Positions 27,676 through 37,216 of a DNA stretch of 64,000 nt are shown piece by piece. Made by a program: the position numbers and the translations under genes. How positions within the stretch are numbered: the stretch's first letter is position 1; every line of letters starts with the position of its first letter. The notes under the pieces were generated by a model. That model was not told the DNA's origin, did not search any database, and saw only the letters and a program-made list of their open reading frames with translations. The DNA comes from Deltaproteobacteria bacterium. GTDB taxonomy: Bacteria > Bacillota > Clostridia > Acetivibrionales > UBA4821. Location: positions 27,913 to 91,912 of the forward strand of contig JBLMYQ010000068.1 in assembly GCA_050258375.1 (NCBI GenBank). The letters are read 5' to 3'.

Positions 27676-28617
27676 TTATTTCTCTTCTACAGATTTTAAA
27701 TGTGTATAAGTTTGTGTAATTCCAAATTCTTTATACCATTCAATAGCATTTTTAACCCCAACTTCCAAAGGTGTGCTGGTCTTCCAGCCAAAATCCTTGT
27801 TTGTTCTTGAAGGGTCAAGTAGTATTGTATAAACATCATCTTCATTTCTAGGTCTTACTTCGACATCTTTTTCAAGCTTTATATTCAATGCTTTAATTGT
27901 TGCATCAAATAATTCCTTAATCGAATAATCTGAACCTGAAGAAATGTGATAAGCCCCAGTCCCATTTTTTCCGTATATTGCTTTAATTACTACCTCAACC
28001 AAATCGCTTACATATACAAAATCCCTTCTTGTGTCCATAACAAAGCATGGTTTGTCATTTGTAAGCCTATGATAAAAGGTTGGTAAAGGACCGCTCAGAT
28101 TTCTGGGACCATAGGCATTAGCCAATCTGAATGATACATATTGAAGTCCACTTAACTTAATATAATGCTCTGCTGTTGTTTTGCTTATTGCATAACTACT
28201 GCCTTCAAGCTTTATAGGATGATTTAATGTAATTGGCTGCTCTTCCGGTCTAAGACCATAACCCAATGCTGTCTGAAAATATATTAATTTTTTTATATTA
28301 ACTCTTTTTGATGCTTTTACAACATTTACTGTTCCAAGTTCATTTGTCAGGACATCTTCAACCCAGTTTTCAGGATCTTTATATGAAGCTGCTGCATGTA
28401 TAACAATTTCAGGTTGAAAATCTTTAAAGACTTCATTTACAAGATTAGGATCTGCTATTGTACCTTCAACTATCTTTAAATTCTCAGTTGGAGTAAGGTT
28501 ATCCCTTCTTCCAGTTGCATAATTATCTATTACTAACACTTCTTCACCCTTTTTTAGCAGTTCATCTGTAAGATGTGAACCAATAAATCCCGCACCACCT
28601 GTAATTAATACTTTCAT
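27676..28617 (-). CDS. NAD-dependent epimerase/dehydratase (extended SDR)
   Basis: 313 aa. ITGGAGFIGSHL, catalytic YAISK. Confidence 0.85.
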   Translation of the reverse strand: MKVLITGGAGFIGSHLTDELLKKGEEVLVIDNYATGRRDNLTPTENLKIVEGTIADPNLVNEVFKDFQPEIVIHAAASYKDPENWVEDVLTNELGTVNVVKASKRVNIKKLIYFQTALGYGLRPEEQPITLNHPIKLEGSSYAISKTTAEHYIKLSGLQYVSFRLANAYGPRNLSGPLPTFYHRLTNDKPCFVMDTRRDFVYVSDLVEVVIKAIYGKNGTGAYHISSGSDYSIKELFDATIKALNIKLEKDVEVRPRNEDDVYTILLDPSRTNKDFGWKTSTPLEVGVKNAIEWYKEFGITQTYTHLKSVEEK

Positions 28618-28633
28618 TTTAAATTACCTCCTG

Positions 28634-30538
28634 TTATTGTAATAGTTTTTTGTATTTATGCTCTTTATCATGGAATTCCTGTTGCCATAATTCTAAACAT
28701 AGTAATCCCCATATATTTCTTCCAAATTTTAATTCAGAATCGATTTTTTCCAATACAATTCTATTATTAATTATGTCCCTATTTAAAGACTTAGTTGTCG
28801 AAAATATGTCCCTTACATAATCCTTTGCTTCTCCTTTTAACCATTCACTTAATGGGACAGGAAAGCCCATCTTATCCTTTCTATTAAGAATCGCTGATGG
28901 CAAATATTCTTTCATGGCACTCTTCAAGCCATATTTCATATTACCATCCTTGAATTTCACATTTGATGGAATAGTAGCAACAAACTCTACCAATGGATGA
29001 TCAAGGAATGGTACTCTTGATTCCAAGCCATGTGCCATGCTTACCCTATCCTCAACCTGAAGTAACGCTGGTAGCAATGTCTTAAAATCAAAATGAGTCA
29101 TGCTGTCAAAGTATGATTCTTTTCCTACATTATCAGCTTTGAATATTGATTTAAATGTTTCATATGGAGAATATCCATCTAACATGTCCCAGTTAACTTC
29201 TTCTCCAAGTGAAGGCGCCCTGTTTATTAATTTAAAATATCTTTTGTCTAAATCTTCAAACATACCCTCTTTCCAAAACTCTTTAAGCATTGGCTTATAA
29301 TTCTTTAATGATGTCAAATTTGGTATAATTGATTCATAGGTAACAATAAAATTGCCTGAATTTGAAGTCCCATCAATAGCTGCTTTTATACACTGTTCAA
29401 AATAAGCAATTAAATATCTGGTATAGCCACCAAAAATCTCATCTCCACCTTGTCCACCAAGAACAACCTTTCTATATTTACTAGCAAGACTTGATACCAT
29501 ATATTGAGGAAAAGAACCAGGTCCTGCAACTGGATAATCCATATGATATATTACTTTGGAAATATTATCTATAAAATCTTTGACTGATATATCAATTTCA
29601 TGTAGTTCAAAATTTCTCCAATTTGCTAATTCTCTGGCATAATAACTTTCATCATATTCACTACTTATTGAAAATTTACCTGTAAATCCCTTGAAATCAT
29701 CTCCTGTATTTTTTGTAGCTAAAGAAGCAACAATACTTGAATCGATTCCACCACTAATATAAGCACCAACTGGCACATCACTACGCAAATGATAATTTAC
29801 TGAATCTAAAAGTAGTTGGTGAATTTTTTCCTCAAAATATTTAGCTGTGTGATCAAAGTCTAAATTATAATACACCTGCCAATAACGCTTAATTGATATT
29901 TTACCTTTATGTACTATAAGCTTATGGGCAGGAAGTAATTCATTAATACTTTTAAATAAGGTTTTTCCTGCAAGGCATAATTGAAAATATAAATAATCTT
30001 TTAATCCATTAAAGTCTGTTTCAATTTTTTCTACAAAAGGCAATAAAGCTTTAACTTCTGACGCAAATATTAAATTATTATCAATTACTGAGTAATAAAA
30101 AGGCTTTATTCCAAAACGATCTCTTGCACAAAATAATTTTTGATTTTTTTCATCCCATAATGAAAAGGCAAACATTCCTCTTAAATGATCGAGACAATCT
30201 TCTCCCCATTTTTCGTATGCACGTAAAATAACCTCAGTATCAGAATTTGTTTTAAATTTATTAACCCCAATTTCATTACGCAACTCAATATAGTTATATA
30301 TTTCACCATTAAATGATATGCAACTACCTAATTCATCTTCCATTGGTTGATGACCAGATTCAATATCAATAATACTTAACCTTCGATGAGCAAATCCTAC
30401 ATACTCACGACAATGATTCCAAATTCCCTCACCATCAGGACCTCTGTGCTTTTGTAAATAATTCATTACATCTAATTTTTTCTTTATGTTAGATATACGT
30501 TCATTCTTAAGGTTTATTAATCCTGCAATGCCACACAT
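28634..30538 (-). CDS. asnB: Asparagine synthetase B-type amidotransferase, paralog 2 (subfamily II)
   Basis: 634 aa. MCGIAG, AHRRLSIID, PP-loop SGGIDSS, GGQGGDEIFGGY, SMAHGLESRVPFLD. Confidence 0.85.
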   Translation of the reverse strand: MCGIAGLINLKNERISNIKKKLDVMNYLQKHRGPDGEGIWNHCREYVGFAHRRLSIIDIESGHQPMEDELGSCISFNGEIYNYIELRNEIGVNKFKTNSDTEVILRAYEKWGEDCLDHLRGMFAFSLWDEKNQKLFCARDRFGIKPFYYSVIDNNLIFASEVKALLPFVEKIETDFNGLKDYLYFQLCLAGKTLFKSINELLPAHKLIVHKGKISIKRYWQVYYNLDFDHTAKYFEEKIHQLLLDSVNYHLRSDVPVGAYISGGIDSSIVASLATKNTGDDFKGFTGKFSISSEYDESYYARELANWRNFELHEIDISVKDFIDNISKVIYHMDYPVAGPGSFPQYMVSSLASKYRKVVLGGQGGDEIFGGYTRYLIAYFEQCIKAAIDGTSNSGNFIVTYESIIPNLTSLKNYKPMLKEFWKEGMFEDLDKRYFKLINRAPSLGEEVNWDMLDGYSPYETFKSIFKADNVGKESYFDSMTHFDFKTLLPALLQVEDRVSMAHGLESRVPFLDHPLVEFVATIPSNVKFKDGNMKYGLKSAMKEYLPSAILNRKDKMGFPVPLSEWLKGEAKDYVRDIFSTTKSLNRDIINNRIVLEKIDSELKFGRNIWGLLCLELWQQEFHDKEHKYKKLLQ

Positions 30539-30562
30539 GCTTATCCCTCTCTTTTTCTAATG

Positions 30563-31867
30563 CTAGTCTCTTACAAGTATAATATTTTTAATAATTTTTT
30601 TTAAAATTGTATTTTTTTTAATCATTTTTCCTGCTTTACTGTTTAAAACCAATACACTAAATTTGATAAACTGCCAATTAATTATATCCCTAAAATATAA
30701 TTTGTAAAGGCTATAATAATGTTTAAGCCCTTTGAGACTATTATTTGAAGTAGATACTTTATTTATAACCTCCGATTCAAGTTCTTCTATAAATGCTTTA
30801 TAAGACCATTTATTTGAATCAACAATATCTTTATATGCAGTTTCTACAATATTTCTCATTTTTTTAGGTTGGGATAATATATCAAGAACCTCTTGAATGT
30901 TTGAGTAATCACTTTTAACAGGAACATAATGCTTCCAAGGAATTAGAATTCCATTATAATTTCCTTCGATTAAGAACTGACAGGTTTCTGTAATACAAGC
31001 TTCAAAGTGTCGCGGCGAAATACACGCTAGTCCTAAGTAATTATCTTCACAAGGAAAACAATTGGCCCTAGTTTCTTCAAATGTTGCTAAAGGATTTACA
31101 CTTATATATTTATCTACACTATTTTTTATATGCCCATCTTTATCTAGTACACTTGCTCCACCTTCAACTCCAAGAATGGCTTTACAACTTAATAGGAATT
31201 TAAACCATTCATCTCCTAGAAACACCTTTTTTTCTTCTAATGAAATATCAGTATTTAATCCATTTTGTTTTGCTATTTCACTAAAAGCATCTGCAATTTT
31301 TACTTTTTTCATGCCGTGCTCTCCAAGCCAATACTCAGTCTTCCAAGCACGATAGCCAATGTCTATATTTCTCTTAATACATCTTTTTTTTAGATTTTTT
31401 ATTCTTTTAATAGCCTTTTCATCTATATAACCAGTAAGAACTGTCATCATTTTAACATTTTCGAAATTAATCTTATCGTATATTTTATTCCAATCTTCTT
31501 TAAAAGCACAAGTTAATATATGTGATATTTTAACTTGGTTAAAGAAATCGTTAAGACTTTCTGTTTGATAAAACTCATCCTGTGGCATAGCAACTTTTAG
31601 GCAGTTTAAATTCTGAAGATATTGACATTTTTTTATAGCATCGCTAAAGCCATCAAGATTCCATCTTAACCCTAAAAATGATGTATGAAATATAATAACA
31701 TCTATATGTATTCCTTTTAACAATTTCTCTGGGAAACCAAATGCTATATTTAAATAAACTATCCTATTTTTTGAATAGTTTTTAAAACAAAACAAATGCG
31801 TTTTTATAGCATTCCTAAGAGGATAAACATCTCGTGCAAAATATACAACTAAAATTGTTTTTTTCAC
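30563..31867 (-). CDS. CgeB-like glycosyltransferase-domain protein (paralog of the C-terminal half of the 853-aa protein)
   Basis: 434 aa. GTG start with GGAGAGGA SD. ...AILGVEGGASV...ISPRHFEACITETCQFLIEGNYNGILIPWKHYVPVKSDYSNIQEVL aligns by eye with aa ~385-760 of 31971..34532. Confidence 0.6.
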   Translation of the reverse strand: MKKTILVVYFARDVYPLRNAIKTHLFCFKNYSKNRIVYLNIAFGFPEKLLKGIHIDVIIFHTSFLGLRWNLDGFSDAIKKCQYLQNLNCLKVAMPQDEFYQTESLNDFFNQVKISHILTCAFKEDWNKIYDKINFENVKMMTVLTGYIDEKAIKRIKNLKKRCIKRNIDIGYRAWKTEYWLGEHGMKKVKIADAFSEIAKQNGLNTDISLEEKKVFLGDEWFKFLLSCKAILGVEGGASVLDKDGHIKNSVDKYISVNPLATFEETRANCFPCEDNYLGLACISPRHFEACITETCQFLIEGNYNGILIPWKHYVPVKSDYSNIQEVLDILSQPKKMRNIVETAYKDIVDSNKWSYKAFIEELESEVINKVSTSNNSLKGLKHYYSLYKLYFRDIINWQFIKFSVLVLNSKAGKMIKKNTILKKIIKNIILVRD

Positions 31868-31970
31868 TATTATGTCCTCTCCATAAACAAATCCTAAAAT
31901 ATTTTAACTACTAATGTTCAATCACATAATGTAAATAATATGTATCATTTATTTTTGTTTTAAAAAAGCT

Positions 31971-34532
31971 TTACTTTCTTTCAGTATATAATTTATTTTT
32001 AATTTCTTTTGCTAAGCTAAATAGTGGTGGATATTTTTTTAATATACCCTTTAATTTTTGAATTATTTTAGTACCAACTCGTTTTATTTTAGTACCAACT
32101 CGTTTTATTTTAGCACCAACTCTTTTTATTTCGTTTTTCAAAGTAACTAAAAAAGCTCTACCACCTTTTACTAACTTTTTTAATTTGTTATTTTTCTTCA
32201 ATTTTGCTCTTAAACACTTCCATAATGAATCCGATTCTTTAATTTGTATTTGTATTTCTTTAACTACTACTTCCTTTATAGGTATTCCTGATTCTAATAA
32301 ATCTCTAACTGGCGCATCTAAAATTGCTTCATCAAAACTTTTCACGAAGCTCTCATAAGAGTATCTACCAGATTCTAATATATCTTCATATGCTCTATCT
32401 ACTAAAGCCTGCAAATAATTATCATCATTAACCTTTCTAAGAACTTCCTCTATATTACTGTAATCTTTCTTTAGTTCTATATAATGTTTTTCTGGTATTA
32501 ATATATTAGAATAAGAGCCTTCATATAATATTAAAGCCGTTTTTAGTGAAATCGATTCAAACATTTTAGGAGATATTTGGTTCATTATTACCTTGCCTTC
32601 ATGTTCAGACAAATAGTCTTTAAATATTTCATCATAGCTTACATTGGGTCTTTCTTCTAATTCTTTCTCAATATTTGCTCTAATAGTACCATAATCATCA
32701 AATACATTGGAGCCACTTTCTGTTCCTAAAGTCGCTTTACAACTTTCAAGAAAATCAACCCATCCATTTCCATATATTCTCTTTTCCTCCTCCCATTCAA
32801 TGTCACATGGGATTCCTCTATCTTCACATATCTTGCGCATTTTTTGCCCTATAAGCTTTTTTTCCTGTCCAAGATTACCATACCAATATGGCAATGGACG
32901 TCCACGATAACCAATTATAGTTTTTCGTTCTGATATGGGTTTTAATTTCTCAGATGTTTTTAGTCTTTTAGAAACAAAACCTGTTAAGGTAGGAATAAAT
33001 TTAACATATGGAAACCTAGACTTCTGATATACTACATCAATATACTTTTGTGGAACAACTGTAAAAACGATGTTTATTCCTAAAGTTTCAATCCATTGAC
33101 GCGCTTGTTCGGTATTTTCATATTCATCCTGTATATACAATACTTTTATTCCACTAAATTCTTTAAGCTCATTAGCATAAGATTCAGAAATGTGATTTTT
33201 CAAGCTCAATCTAACTGAATAATGAATAACAATAACATCAAAATTTGACAAGTTACATGTACATTCTGAACCATTACAAGCATTTTCAAAAAAAATATTG
33301 TTTACCGAGTAATTTGCAAAACTCTCAAGATGCTCTTTTATTGTTAGCACATGAATTGACCTTTTATCATATAAGATTAAAACATTTCTCCTGCATTGCG
33401 ATTTAATATCTTTCTTTTCATTACTTATTTCTTGTAAATTATTCATTAATAAAGAAAAACTATTATTATAATCTTTTTTCTTAGCTGCTAAAATTCGATT
33501 GTTAATTGAATCTTCATCATATCTACTTGCTGAAACCATCTTAATACCCTTTTTGAATTCATTAATATTTTTTGCGAAATAAAACAAATTGTTATACTGT
33601 TCTAATGCTAAAATTGGCACACTTATAACAGGTAGTCCACAGGAAAGATATTCGAAGGCCTTTAAAGGAAGAGAGTTTTCTATCATTTTCGTCTGTACAA
33701 ACGGCATAATAGCAACAGTAGCTTTTAATGCAATCTTTCTAACATCCTTAATATTCATCTCTCCAAAATACTTCACATTTTTATAACTTAAGAGCTTTTG
33801 CCAATCGTCTATATTTTGATCTGAACGACCGCAAAACCAGAATTCCCAATCATTCATTTTACTTATAAGCTGTTTTAATAATTTATAATCTAATCTATTG
33901 TTTATTCCTCCTTGGTAAAAAACAACTTTTCTTTTTACAGAATTAACTATTTTGTCAATCTCATATTGTTTAAGTCCCCAAAAATCAAAATCGCATCCAT
34001 TTGTTAGAACAATATTCTTCCCTTTATACCCACCATTTTCCTGATAGCTTTTTAGTACATTTTCAGATACAGCAACTAAAAGATCTATGCTAAGTAAGGA
34101 TTTTTTAATATTATTTTTTAGTATTTTTGTTGAAAGGTCATCTGTCGTAATCATAGAATAATAATCTTCTGTAGCATGATATACTTTTAAAGATGTGCAT
34201 ATTCTATTAATATAATCTGCAAATTGAGTATTATATACCCATAAAAGCGGATGTATATAACCTTTCTCTTTCAATGCCTTGTTTAATAAAGAGTTTTGCT
34301 TATTATCATAGATATTATAAACATGTAAGACTACAATGTTTTCAATTTTTGTATCCTCATATCTATAAATTTCTTCATTCAAATCAGGTTGTACAAAAAC
34401 TACAGGGATTTTTTTTGCCAATCTTGTTGCATAATGATAACGATTGCTTATAGGTTCTGTGAACCAATCAGACCACGTTAGCATCATAACGCAATCAAAA
34501 CTCTCCTTGATGTTTGAGAACTCACTTAACAT
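31971..34532 (-). CDS. Two-domain glycosyltransferase (N-terminal GT-B domain plus CgeB-like domain) with a basic heptad-repeat C-terminal tail
   Basis: 853 aa. GGAGG SD. C-terminal half ...ATLGTESGSNV...ISPKMFESISLKTALILYEGSYSNILIPEKHYIELKKDYSNIEEVL. Tail EIKRVGAKIKRVGTKIKRVGTKIIQKLKG. Confidence 0.65.
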   Translation of the reverse strand: MLSEFSNIKESFDCVMMLTWSDWFTEPISNRYHYATRLAKKIPVVFVQPDLNEEIYRYEDTKIENIVVLHVYNIYDNKQNSLLNKALKEKGYIHPLLWVYNTQFADYINRICTSLKVYHATEDYYSMITTDDLSTKILKNNIKKSLLSIDLLVAVSENVLKSYQENGGYKGKNIVLTNGCDFDFWGLKQYEIDKIVNSVKRKVVFYQGGINNRLDYKLLKQLISKMNDWEFWFCGRSDQNIDDWQKLLSYKNVKYFGEMNIKDVRKIALKATVAIMPFVQTKMIENSLPLKAFEYLSCGLPVISVPILALEQYNNLFYFAKNINEFKKGIKMVSASRYDEDSINNRILAAKKKDYNNSFSLLMNNLQEISNEKKDIKSQCRRNVLILYDKRSIHVLTIKEHLESFANYSVNNIFFENACNGSECTCNLSNFDVIVIHYSVRLSLKNHISESYANELKEFSGIKVLYIQDEYENTEQARQWIETLGINIVFTVVPQKYIDVVYQKSRFPYVKFIPTLTGFVSKRLKTSEKLKPISERKTIIGYRGRPLPYWYGNLGQEKKLIGQKMRKICEDRGIPCDIEWEEEKRIYGNGWVDFLESCKATLGTESGSNVFDDYGTIRANIEKELEERPNVSYDEIFKDYLSEHEGKVIMNQISPKMFESISLKTALILYEGSYSNILIPEKHYIELKKDYSNIEEVLRKVNDDNYLQALVDRAYEDILESGRYSYESFVKSFDEAILDAPVRDLLESGIPIKEVVVKEIQIQIKESDSLWKCLRAKLKKNNKLKKLVKGGRAFLVTLKNEIKRVGAKIKRVGTKIKRVGTKIIQKLKGILKKYPPLFSLAKEIKNKLYTERK
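32070..32132. repeat. Tandem repeat, 3 x 21 bp, in frame (encodes KIKRVG[T/A] x3)
   Basis: Units 32070-32090 and 32091-32111 are identical (agtaccaactcgttttatttt). Unit 32112-32132 differs at 3 positions. Confidence 0.9.
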
Positions 34533-36468
34533 TATATGCCTCCATCCATAAATAAAGATTTATCCATCTCCAGAATGTTGGATCTTGAATAGAATTCTTT
34601 TCTATTGCATCTTGATATACGAATGCTTTTTCTGGAAGAATAAACGACTTCATTTTTTCGTTTTCTAAAGCTTCTTTCATAAGAGATTTTAAAAACGTTT
34701 TTTGCCATGTCCGTTCCGGGGTAGCAAAACCAAGTTTAGATCTTCTTAATCTTATATTTTCTGGTATTAACCCTTTCATTCCAGTACGCATAACACTTTT
34801 TGTGCTACCGTTCCTAATCTTGTAATTCGACGGCAATGTAAATACAAATTCAGCGAGCCTATAATCCAAAAAGGGAACTCTACTTTCTACTGAATATGCC
34901 ATAGAATTTCGATCTTCGTAATGTAAAAGTGATTGAATATTTGTATGAAAAGTTAGCTGGTATAGAACATTATTCAACACTTCTTTATCATCAAAGTTTT
35001 TGATTTGAGAGTATTTAGGAAAAATTGCTTGTTCTTTAATATTATTTTCAAATTGGGGATTAACCCAATCAACTATAGGTGAATTTTTTTTGTTTTTAAC
35101 AAATCTGCTAACAAAAGCATTCATAGAAGGTGGTAATATATTAATCCAGTTCATCTCTGGATGAAACCGTATATAACATAATAATTCCCATATAAGTTTA
35201 GCGTGTTTGCTTTTAATATTTAATTCATTGAAATAATAATAAGCTAAAGGTACGTACCCTGCTAGAAGTTCATCTGCACCTTGTCCATCCAGCATTACTT
35301 TTATACCATGTTCATGAACAAGTTTAAAAACAGACCATTGAGCAAATATGCTTGTTGAACCAAAAGGTTCATCTTGATGCCAAACAATCTTTTTTATATC
35401 TTTTTTAAAATCTTCAGGTGTAGGTTCAATGAAACTAGCATTAACTCCTGTATGTTTTATTACCGATTGCATATATTTTAACTCATTAGCCTCTTTTTCT
35501 TGAAAATGTGAACTAAAAGTACGCTGAATATTGCTTTTGCCTTCGCCTTCTAGCATATCATGCATAATACATACTAGTGATGAGCTGTCCAATCCACCTG
35601 ACAAACAACTTCCTACCTCAACATCACTACGTAAATGTAATCTTACACTATCAGTTAGAAGCCTCCTAAACTCACTAGATGCATCTTCATAAGAGATATC
35701 GTTATTGATTTTTAAATCAGGCTTGTAATATTGGGTATTGGTTTTTTTTATTGTTTCAAAGTTTAAAATTAAGTTATTCCCAGGTTCCAGCTTAAAGATA
35801 TCAGCAAAAAATGTTTCTTCACAATATTCAACAGCCGAATACGCTAAGAATTCGTATACAGCACGTTCATTACATTTCGATTTGATGAAAGGGTACTGTA
35901 ATAATTGCTTTATCTCAGAACCAAAAGCAAAATGATTACCATCAGCATAATAATAAAACGGTTTTATCCCAAAGCGATCCCGAGAGCAAAACAATAATTT
36001 CTTTCTTAAGTCAGCTAACGCAAACGCCCACATTCCATTAAAATGCTCTACACATTTTTCTCCCCATTCTTCATAGGCATAAATTATTACTTCGGTATCA
36101 GCGTTAGAAATAAAAGAATAGCCTTTACATATAAGCTCATCCCGAATTTCTAAATAATTATATATCTCACCATTAAATGTAAGCCAAATAGTATGATCCT
36201 TATTAGCCATAGGCTGTCTACCTGAAGACGAAAGGTCTAATATAGCTAATCGTCTATGACCAAAAGCTAAATTGGCTTCAATATTATTAGAACTTAAAGG
36301 ATTTATGCTCTCATTAAAAAAAGATTCACTTTGAGAATTACAAGTATTAATAAGAACAATCCCTTCGCCATCAGGACCGCGGTATTTAATTATATTATTT
36401 GAATCAATAACATTCGATAAATATTTAGTTACTCCATTACTACAAAACAGGCCCGTAATGCCACACAT
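34522..36468 (-). CDS. asnB: Asparagine synthetase B-type amidotransferase, paralog 3 (subfamily I)
   Basis: Start set at the ATG at 36468, so the mature N-terminus is Cys (MCGITG; AAGGAGAA SD). GHRRLAILD, SGGLDSSS, QDEPFGSTSIFAQW, MLDGQGADE. Confidence 0.85.
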   Translation of the reverse strand: MCGITGLFCSNGVTKYLSNVIDSNNIIKYRGPDGEGIVLINTCNSQSESFFNESINPLSSNNIEANLAFGHRRLAILDLSSSGRQPMANKDHTIWLTFNGEIYNYLEIRDELICKGYSFISNADTEVIIYAYEEWGEKCVEHFNGMWAFALADLRKKLLFCSRDRFGIKPFYYYADGNHFAFGSEIKQLLQYPFIKSKCNERAVYEFLAYSAVEYCEETFFADIFKLEPGNNLILNFETIKKTNTQYYKPDLKINNDISYEDASSEFRRLLTDSVRLHLRSDVEVGSCLSGGLDSSSLVCIMHDMLEGEGKSNIQRTFSSHFQEKEANELKYMQSVIKHTGVNASFIEPTPEDFKKDIKKIVWHQDEPFGSTSIFAQWSVFKLVHEHGIKVMLDGQGADELLAGYVPLAYYYFNELNIKSKHAKLIWELLCYIRFHPEMNWINILPPSMNAFVSRFVKNKKNSPIVDWVNPQFENNIKEQAIFPKYSQIKNFDDKEVLNNVLYQLTFHTNIQSLLHYEDRNSMAYSVESRVPFLDYRLAEFVFTLPSNYKIRNGSTKSVMRTGMKGLIPENIRLRRSKLGFATPERTWQKTFLKSLMKEALENEKMKSFILPEKAFVYQDAIEKNSIQDPTFWRWINLYLWMEAYNVK

Positions 36469-36470
36469 AG

Positions 36471-37157
36471 TCAATTCTCCTTGCGCACGCTTCTAATTTT
36501 TTTTAAATATTGTTTAATATCAAATTTTCGTCTAAAACTATTTGGATTAACCAATTGACATTCCTTGTTATATGCCCATATATCCTTTAAATAGTTGTTT
36601 TGAAATTTCATAACTGAAAAAACAGCATGCTTATATTTTGGTTTATTGTTACAGTTTAAATGCATGTTCTCCGAGTGTTTAAAGATAATAAATTTATTTT
36701 CACCTTGCTTAATATCAAATCCGCATATATCGTTATCAGGATAATTTTTATTTGTTGCGAGTAAATATTCAACAGATGTCAACTTTTTGCAGCTAATTTC
36801 AAACAGGAATGCTTTATGTCCTATTTCCAATGTAGTTCCTTTAATAATTAAAGAAGTACTATCAAAGCTTATTAACGCGCCACTTGGTATGAAAAAGCAA
36901 ACATAAAAGATCTGATTATTGTATTTAATCTCAAATTCTAAATCATTATCCCCTTTTTTAAATGTAAAACTAGTTAAATCAAAAGAATAACTAAATTCTT
37001 TATCAGTTGGCAAAACTTCAAAAAATATTGATATCTCATTATTCAACAAAAACATATAACTATCATTTTCTTTATAGAATCGTCTGTTTTTTGTGGACTC
37101 TACCGACTTAATAAAATATTCTTGAAAATGTAAAAATTCATTTGAATCAGATACCAT
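36471..37157 (-). CDS. Hypothetical protein (no motif recognised)
   Basis: 228-aa ORF tightly packed between the GT gene and asnB paralog 3. No TM segments. Basic C-terminal tail (KKIRSVRKEN). Weak SD. Confidence 0.55.
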   Translation of the reverse strand: MVSDSNEFLHFQEYFIKSVESTKNRRFYKENDSYMFLLNNEISIFFEVLPTDKEFSYSFDLTSFTFKKGDNDLEFEIKYNNQIFYVCFFIPSGALISFDSTSLIIKGTTLEIGHKAFLFEISCKKLTSVEYLLATNKNYPDNDICGFDIKQGENKFIIFKHSENMHLNCNNKPKYKHAVFSVMKFQNNYLKDIWAYNKECQLVNPNSFRRKFDIKQYLKKIRSVRKEN

Positions 37158-37216
37158 ATCTTCGCCTTTCTGAAAGTAAAACTTAAATTCAGTATTATAA
37201 ATAGATTCCTTCTGCT

